Source: Dehalococcoidia bacterium
GTDB taxonomy: Bacteria; Chloroflexota; Dehalococcoidia; Lucifugimonadales; UBA3495
DNA: 64,000 nucleotides
NCBI GenBank assembly: GCA_965199995.1
Contig: OZ241328.1
Coordinates: 1,484,627 to 1,548,626, forward strand
Reading direction: 5' to 3'
The notes below the pieces were generated by a model. The model was given only the letters and a program-made list of their open reading frames with translations, did not search any database and was not told the DNA's origin. Shown in pieces: positions 57,028-64,000 of the stretch. Numbering within the stretch: the first letter of the stretch is position 1; each line of letters starts with the position of its first letter. Made by a program: the position numbers and the translations under genes.

Positions 57028-57438
57028 TTGGTGCAAGCAGACGCAGTTCAGCAGTACTACTACGGTACAGGAAAGCGCAAGACGGCCATAGCCCGGGTGC
57101 GGCTCTACATGGACGCCGGTGGGCCCTTTATAGTCAATAGCAAGCCAATGGACGAGTATTTCGGCTGGTCCACATGGCAGCGCATCGCAAATGACGCCTT
57201 TCACATTACCAATACTCTAAACCGGTTCCGCGTGGTAGCGAAGGTGGCGGGCGGCGGCGTGAACGCCCAAGCCGAGGCGATACGCCACGGCATAACCCGC
57301 GCTCTCATCGCCTTCGACCCCTCGTTAAAGCCGGCACTACGCCGGGCCGGATTCGTTACCCGCGATGCCCGCATCAAGGAAAGCAAGAAGTATGGCCTGA
57401 AACGGGCTCGCCGCGCTCCGCAATACACCAAACGCTAA
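57028..57438 (+). CDS. rpsI: 30S ribosomal protein S9
   Basis: YYGTGKRKTAIARVRL and the C-terminal KKYGLKRARRAPQYTKR match S9. Confidence 0.95.
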   Translation: MVQADAVQQYYYGTGKRKTAIARVRLYMDAGGPFIVNSKPMDEYFGWSTWQRIANDAFHITNTLNRFRVVAKVAGGGVNAQAEAIRHGITRALIAFDPSLKPALRRAGFVTRDARIKESKKYGLKRARRAPQYTKR

Positions 57439-57481
57439 TGCCACTCCTCATTGGGCCGGGCCGTTCTAGGGAAAGAGCCAA

Positions 57482-57508
57482 GCCCCGCAGATTGGCGGGG
57501 CGTTATTT
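57482..57508. terminator. rho-independent terminator between convergent rpsI and the deacetylase gene
   Basis: GCCCCGCagattgGCGGGGCgttattt has a 7-bp GC stem, a 6-nt loop and a T-rich tail. Confidence 0.6.
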
Positions 57509-57523
57509 GCGTTGGAACCCGGA

Positions 57524-58411
57524 CTAAGCCTTTATTCGAGGGTGCCTAGCCAGAAAGTCGTCTGCTATCTCGTTGAAGGTCACAAACCGAACTCCATCGT
57601 GGGAAGTGATGTATTCGGTCAGCCGTTCCAGCATCAGAATTACCTGGGGCCTGCCGCTTACGTCAGGGTGGATGGTAATGGGGAACACTGCCTCGTCGTA
57701 TTCCCGGTACACGTAATCGAACTGATCCCGCCACATTATCTCGATGTCCCGCGGATTGACGAATCCGTGGCTATTGGGCGACTTCTTAATAAACATCATA
57801 GGCGGCAGGTCATCCAGATACCAGTTGGCCGGTATCTCAACCAGGTCGGTCTCCTCACCCCGCTCCAGGGCATGCATCCAGTTTTCAGCGGGCTGGGAAT
57901 AGTCTATTTTTGTCCAGCGGTCTCCCACGCGCACGTAGTAGCACTCGAAGTCTCTGTGCATCAGGCTGTGGTCATACTTGATGCCGTGCTTGAGCAACAG
58001 CTCGTTGGTGACATGGCTGAACTCCCACCATGGCGCCACATAGCCGGTAGGTGGCTTTCCTGTCAACTCGCTGAGCACCTCGATACAACGGACAAGCACC
58101 GCCTCTTCCTGTTCCGGAGACATCGAGATAGGGTTTTCATGCGAGTAGCCGTGTAGACCCACCTCGTGCCCGCCGTCAACAATCATCCGGCATTCGTCCG
58201 GAAAGGTCTCTGCCGAGTGGCCCGGTATGAACCAGGATGTCCTGATTCCCAGCCGGGCAAACATCCGCAACAGTCGCGGGGTACCTACTTCGCCGGCAAA
58301 CAAGCCCCGGGAGATGTCATCGGGCGAGTCTTCCCCGCCATAGGAGCCCAGCCAGCCGCCCACGGCATCCAAGTCTACCCCGAAGGCGCACAGTATTCGC
58401 TTTTCCGCCAT
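57524..58411 (-). CDS. polysaccharide deacetylase (NodB-homology / PuuE-like) family protein
   Basis: It contains [19 protein letters not shown] and [14 protein letters not shown]. Confidence 0.8.
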   Translation of the reverse strand: MAEKRILCAFGVDLDAVGGWLGSYGGEDSPDDISRGLFAGEVGTPRLLRMFARLGIRTSWFIPGHSAETFPDECRMIVDGGHEVGLHGYSHENPISMSPEQEEAVLVRCIEVLSELTGKPPTGYVAPWWEFSHVTNELLLKHGIKYDHSLMHRDFECYYVRVGDRWTKIDYSQPAENWMHALERGEETDLVEIPANWYLDDLPPMMFIKKSPNSHGFVNPRDIEIMWRDQFDYVYREYDEAVFPITIHPDVSGRPQVILMLERLTEYITSHDGVRFVTFNEIADDFLARHPRIKA

Positions 58412-58538
58412 AGCTTTTCCCTCCCGCCTTATATGGCATAACTATCGGCCTTAATGTCATTACCGCGAATAAGGATACAGCCCCCTCTCCTTGATAAAGG
58501 CATACTAAGAAATAAAGGTACGGAGGGGCGTTGCATCC

Positions 58539-59960
58539 CTAGACTCCCAAGTATTCGGCGGCGGCAGCAAGTAAACTGTTCACGCGCTCCGGCGAGCTTG
58601 CTTCGGAATATATGCGCAACAGAGGCTCCGTACCGGAAAAACGCACTGCCAGCCAGCCATCATCGAAGCGCAGACGGCGCCCGTCGATGCTGTCTGAAGA
58701 CACCACAGGATTATCGCCAAGACGTTTCAGATCCGGATTATTCACGAGGTTTCGGATGCGTTCCCGGTCATCCGCTTGAAACTCGATGTCGCGCCGGTAG
58801 TAGAAATGCGGCCCAATCAAACGGAATAGGTTTTCCAAAAGCTCGGAAACTGTCTTGCCAGTCTTGGCCATATACTCCAGAAGGAAAAGACCGCTCAGGA
58901 TGCCGTCTCGTTCTGGCACATGGCCTCGGAAGGCAAAGCCTCCGCTCTCTTCGCCTGCCATGAGCGCGTTCAGCTCTTCCATGCGCGGCCCCATGTGTTT
59001 GAACCCCACCTGCACTTCGTGAACGTCCACGCCATAGATGCCGCCCATCTTGTTCAGGGCCTGCGAGGCGGTCACGCCTTTAATTAGCGACCCGCGCCAG
59101 CCTTTCATCTCCAGCAAATACAAGGCCAACAGTGAAAAGGTGTCCAGCGTAGTTACAAAACGTCCCCGCTCGTCGATGATGCCCACCCGGTCGGCATCGC
59201 CGTCCAGAGCAATGCCCACCGTGGCGCCGGTCTCCGGCACGCGAGCCAGCAGTTCGCTCAGGTTGGGCGCGATGGGCTCCGGCTGGGCCATGCCAGGAAA
59301 AGCCGGATTGCGATAGCCGTGCAGTTCATCTACCGACGTCGCGCCGCCTTCCAGCAGATGGGGCAGATAGCCAGCTCCGGCTCCATACATGGCATCCACA
59401 ACCACCTTAAATCCAGCGGCGCGAATAGCGTCCAAGTCCACGAGGCGGGTCACATGGGTGAAGTACGGCTCTGACGGCTCCAGGTCTTCCACCAGACCGG
59501 TGTTCCGCCCCGCGCCGAAGCCGGACAAATCAACCGGGCCTGCCTGCCGGATGGCGGTCTCCATCTCGTCGGTGATTTCCTGAGTGGCGCTGCCGGCGTA
59601 CTCAGGCTTGAACTTAAAACCGTTCCAGGTGGCCGGATTGTGGCTGGCGGTGATGATTGCCGCGCCTCCTGCCCGGTGATGGAGTACGCTGTAGCTCAGA
59701 ACCGGCGTGGGCGCGCTCTTATCCGCCAGCAACGTTCGTATGCCCTGACCGGCGGACACCCCGGCGACGGTGGCCGCGAATTCCGGCGACAGAAAGCGGG
59801 TGTCATAGCCGACGATTAGTCCGCGGCCGGCAGTACCGCGCTTTTTCATATAATCGCACAACCCTCGGGCACAGCGGGCCACATTGGCATAGGTATAGTC
59901 CTCCGCAATGAGGGCCCGCCAACCATCGGTGCCGAACCGGATATCAGCCTGATGCGTCAT
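58539..59960 (-). CDS. phosphoglucomutase/phosphomannomutase family protein (alpha-D-phosphohexomutase)
   Basis: It contains FGTDGWRA, the active-site loop ITASHNPATWNGFK, the metal loop ALDGDADR, and GEESGG. An ATG at 59960 is preceded by AGGAG. Confidence 0.9.
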   Translation of the reverse strand: MTHQADIRFGTDGWRALIAEDYTYANVARCARGLCDYMKKRGTAGRGLIVGYDTRFLSPEFAATVAGVSAGQGIRTLLADKSAPTPVLSYSVLHHRAGGAAIITASHNPATWNGFKFKPEYAGSATQEITDEMETAIRQAGPVDLSGFGAGRNTGLVEDLEPSEPYFTHVTRLVDLDAIRAAGFKVVVDAMYGAGAGYLPHLLEGGATSVDELHGYRNPAFPGMAQPEPIAPNLSELLARVPETGATVGIALDGDADRVGIIDERGRFVTTLDTFSLLALYLLEMKGWRGSLIKGVTASQALNKMGGIYGVDVHEVQVGFKHMGPRMEELNALMAGEESGGFAFRGHVPERDGILSGLFLLEYMAKTGKTVSELLENLFRLIGPHFYYRRDIEFQADDRERIRNLVNNPDLKRLGDNPVVSSDSIDGRRLRFDDGWLAVRFSGTEPLLRIYSEASSPERVNSLLAAAAEYLGV

Positions 59961-60060
59961 CGAGTCTCCTGTACGGACGTCATTATGACAAAAAGCGGCG
60001 GACTTTGCGCCGCCGCTCCTTGCTGGTCTTGTTGCCAATCTTTCCGAAGTTAGGAGGCAG

Positions 60061-61287
60061 CTACACCGCGGCTTGCCGCAGAGCATCGGCCTTGTCGGTC
60101 ATCTCCCAGCTCAGGCCCAATTTTTCCGCCGTGGGACGCCCGAAGTGGCCGTAGGCGGCGGTAGGCTGGTAGATCGGGCGGCGCAGGTTCAGGTCTTCGA
60201 TAATGGCGCCGGGGCGCAGGTCAAAGTACTCGCCCACCAGAGCCTCGATACGGTCGTTGGCGATCTGACCCGTGTCAAAAGTTTCCACTGATACCGAGAT
60301 GGGTTCCGCCACGCCGATGGCGTAAGAAACGATGACTTCCACTCGCTGGGCCAAGCCGGCGGCCACCAGGTTCTTGGCTACATATCGGGCAGCATAGGCC
60401 CCAGATCGGTCAACCTTGGTCGGGTCTTTGCCTGAGAAAGCGCCGCCGCCGTGGCGGGCGATACCGCCATAGGTGTCTACCAAGATTTTGCGCCCGGTTA
60501 GCCCAGTGTCCCCTTGCGGCCCGCCCACAGCGAACCAGCCGCTGGGATTGACAAAGTAGCGGGTGTTGTCGTCCAGAAGTTCCGACGGGACGATGGGGCG
60601 TATCACGTGCTCGAGGATGTCGCTGCGAATTTTCTTGGTGAACGATTCGCGGTCGTCGCTGTCTTGGTGCTGGGAGCTGATGACGACAGCGTCCACCCGG
60701 CGCGGTTTCCCTTCGCCATATTCCACCGTGACTTGCGATTTGCCATCCGGTCCCAGGTAATCAAGAAGGCCGTCCTTTCGGACGGCGGCCAACTGCTCTA
60801 CCAGACGGTGGGAAAGGTCAACGGTAATCGGCATCAGCCCATCTGTCTCGTCGCAGGCGAAGCCGACCATCATTCCCTGGTCGCCGGCGCCTGTGGCGCG
60901 CCGGGCGTCCGAAGCCGTGCTGCCCCTTTCCTCTAGGGCAGTGGTAACGCCGCTACTGATGTCGGGGGATTGTTGGCTCACATGGGCAATGACGCCGCAG
61001 GAATTACCGTCAATTCCGTAGCTGACGTCGGTGTAGCCAATCTGCCGCATCACGCCCCGAGCAATTTCGTCGAAATTCAACTCAGAGTTAGTGGTAATTT
61101 CGCCGGTAACCATCACCAGGTTTTTGGTGGCAACGGTTTCGCAGGCAACCCGGCTCATAGAATCGTTGCGCAGGGCGGCGTCAAGCACGGCATCGGAAAT
61201 CTGGTCGCACAGTTTATCAGGGTGACCCTCGGTTACCGACTCGGATGTGAGCAGGTACTTGGGGGAAGTCATGAACTGTATGGGCAT
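60061..61287 (-). CDS. metK: S-adenosylmethionine synthase
   Basis: It contains [31 protein letters not shown] and [16 protein letters not shown]. Confidence 0.97.
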   Translation of the reverse strand: MPIQFMTSPKYLLTSESVTEGHPDKLCDQISDAVLDAALRNDSMSRVACETVATKNLVMVTGEITTNSELNFDEIARGVMRQIGYTDVSYGIDGNSCGVIAHVSQQSPDISSGVTTALEERGSTASDARRATGAGDQGMMVGFACDETDGLMPITVDLSHRLVEQLAAVRKDGLLDYLGPDGKSQVTVEYGEGKPRRVDAVVISSQHQDSDDRESFTKKIRSDILEHVIRPIVPSELLDDNTRYFVNPSGWFAVGGPQGDTGLTGRKILVDTYGGIARHGGGAFSGKDPTKVDRSGAYAARYVAKNLVAAGLAQRVEVIVSYAIGVAEPISVSVETFDTGQIANDRIEALVGEYFDLRPGAIIEDLNLRRPIYQPTAAYGHFGRPTAEKLGLSWEMTDKADALRQAAV

Positions 61288-61310
61288 GGGGAATCTCCTC
61301 CGGTTTTATC

Positions 61311-61399
61311 TGTCTGAATCAGGATTTTCAGGATTGCCAAATTCACCGGATTGGAGAAAATCCTGAAATCCCCAAGTCCGGCTAATCCTGATTCAGACA
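61311..61399 (-). other. nested extended hairpin (16-bp perfect outer stem plus a 9-10-bp inner stem) in the ahcY-metK intercistronic spacer; function unknown
   Basis: The outer arms tgtctgaatcaggatt (61311-61326) and aatcctgattcagaca (61384-61399) are perfect complements. The inner arms are tttcaggatt (about 61326-61335) and aatcctgaaa (61359-61368). No U-run follows. The metal-independent feature nearby is the metK SD (GGAGGAG), which lies about 12 nt 3' of the stem on the transcript. Confidence 0.6.
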
Positions 61400-61400
61400 A

Positions 61401-62729
<1,329 letters not shown>

Positions 62730-62768
62730 TTAGCCGTACTTTGTTCAGGGGCATCTGCAGGGCTTTCT

Positions 62769-63128
62769 TTAGGGATCGTTCCCGTATGACGTAGGGTTGC
62801 CTGCTGCAATCCAGGAAGGCGTGCCGTCGTCTATGTTGAACAGATTGGCGGGGTCGAAACCACCAGCCATAGCAAACTCGCAGGCAAGCCCGCTGCGCAC
62901 TCCGGCAGCGCAAATGAACAGCAGATTCTTGCCCTGCGGCAGTTCATCGAGACGGCCCATCAGATCATCTATCTCTATGTGAATGGCCCCAGCGGCATGG
63001 CCGGTAACCCATTCGTCCGGACGGCGCACATCTACGACCACCATGTTCTCCGGGTCAGCGTCCAGCATTTGGCGGGCCTCAACCGAGTCCACCCGGAAAT
63101 AAGGCTCGCCGGGTTCTTGTCTAGGCAT
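62769..63128 (-). CDS. rhodanese-like domain protein (single domain, active-site Cys present)
   Basis: It contains VVVDVRRPDEW..GHAAGAIHI and the active-site loop FICAAGVRS. Confidence 0.85.
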   Translation of the reverse strand: MPRQEPGEPYFRVDSVEARQMLDADPENMVVVDVRRPDEWVTGHAAGAIHIEIDDLMGRLDELPQGKNLLFICAAGVRSGLACEFAMAGGFDPANLFNIDDGTPSWIAAGNPTSYGNDP

Positions 63129-63161
63129 TGCTAAACCTCCTGATTCGGGTTTGCCTCTGTC

Positions 63162-64000
63162 TCAGCCTTTCGATTGCTGGCTGAAGTACTTGCCGATTAT
63201 GGGAGACAGTTTTTCCTTCATCGCTTCAGGAATCATATCCGGGCTGGTGATTATGGCGTCCTTGAGAGCGGAGCCGCACTCGCACTCCCGGTCGCCGGCG
63301 AGGGCCGGAATCGTGCTCAGCAACAGATCCTTGGAAGTCGCCACATTCTTTAGCAGATTTTGAACCACAGCATCAACACTCACCGCTTCCGTGTCGGCTC
63401 GCCACACATCGTAGTCGGTAATCCAGGCCATGGTGGCGTAGCACATCTCCGCCTCCCGCGCCAGCTTGGCTTCGGGAAGGGCGGTCATGCCGATTATGTC
63501 AGCCCCCCACGAACGGTACATGAATGACTCCGCCCTTGTTGAAAAGGCGGGCCCTTCCATCACCACCATCGTCCCGCCCCAATGGGCATTAATGCCGAGT
63601 ACATCTGCGGCCCGGTGGATAGCCCTGCTAGCTACCGGGCAGAAAGGTTCGGCGATTCCAATATGCGCCACTATATGCTCGTCGAAAAAGGTGCTTTCCC
63701 TCATCCGCGTGCGATCAATCAACTGATCGGGAATCACCAAGTCCAGCGGAGCGAACTCCTCTCTTAAGCTGCCCACCGCGCTTACGGATATAATGCGCTC
63801 CACTCCCAGAGTCTTGAGGGCGTATATATTGGCTCGCACCGGAATGCGAGTAGGACTGAGGCGGTGACCGCGCCCGTGGCGGGGCAGGAAGGCCATACGG
63901 ACTCCCGCAAGGTCGCCAAGAACAATGCTGTCGCTTGGCTTTCCAAAGGGGGTATCCACGTCTGCGCGGTCAACATTTGTCAGGGCGTCCATATCATAAA
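63162..64000 (-). CDS. mtnP: S-methyl-5'-thioadenosine phosphorylase, N-terminus beyond the window edge
   Basis: It contains TPFGKPSD, FLPRHGRGH, RANIYALKTLGVERIISVSAVGSL and MTALPEAKLAREAE. The frame stays open through base 64000 (..YDMDALTN), so the listed Met is internal. Confidence 0.9.
   Translation of the reverse strand, partial: YDMDALTNVDRADVDTPFGKPSDSIVLGDLAGVRMAFLPRHGRGHRLSPTRIPVRANIYALKTLGVERIISVSAVGSLREEFAPLDLVIPDQLIDRTRMRESTFFDEHIVAHIGIAEPFCPVASRAIHRAADVLGINAHWGGTMVVMEGPAFSTRAESFMYRSWGADIIGMTALPEAKLAREAEMCYATMAWITDYDVWRADTEAVSVDAVVQNLLKNVATSKDLLLSTIPALAGDRECECGSALKDAIITSPDMIPEAMKEKLSPIIGKYFSQQSKG

Overview
This is a GC-rich bacterial chromosomal window. No rRNA, tRNA, CRISPR array, transposase or integrase was recognised. 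All protein calls come from reading motifs in the supplied translations, with no database search. About one third of the window (35.9-57.5 kb, + strand) is the conserved str/S10/spc/alpha ribosomal-protein superoperon. It runs rpsL-rpsG-fusA, then rpsJ through rplO, secY, adk, map, infA, rpmJ, rpsM-rpsK-rpsD-rpoA-rplQ, truA and rplM-rpsI. There is no tuf gene after fusA, and several r-proteins carry terminal extensions. The rest is housekeeping and metabolic sequence. It includes a his operon on the minus strand, ordered hisZ-like, hisG, a PLC-like gene, hisD, hisC and hisB. It also includes glyQS, birA, an SDR pair, a SAM-cycle/methionine-salvage cluster (mtnP-rhodanese-ahcY-metK), an NfeD/SPFH pair, hpf and htrA. 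A catabolic-looking minus-strand run carries a TPP enzyme, DUF971, an FAD oxidoreductase, a Gfo/Idh/MocA enzyme and CaiB-type CoA-transferases. The 5' end holds a circularly-permuted ATP-grasp / transglutaminase / alpha-E cassette. The main findings are as follows. (1) A complete CysRS is fused in frame to a GT-A glycosyltransferase-like domain. (2) A 70-bp head-to-tail repeat array built on a REP-type palindrome lies between meaB and hpf, and two dispersed palindromic repeat families also sit inside the r-protein operons. (3) Three patches of heavily decayed genes are present: two tandem CoA-transferases, a higA-like remnant, and a GLUG-repeat surface protein followed by hicBA-like remnants. 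Several are associated with short tandem duplications. (4) A long-form HisG lies next to a HisZ-like HisRS paralog that keeps a C-terminal anticodon-domain-like module. (5) A roughly 90-nt nested hairpin lies between ahcY and metK. (6) An active SDR is paired with an SDR-like protein whose catalytic Tyr and Lys are replaced. I could not identify a clear-cut novel multi-gene system (defence or otherwise), and I make no such claim.
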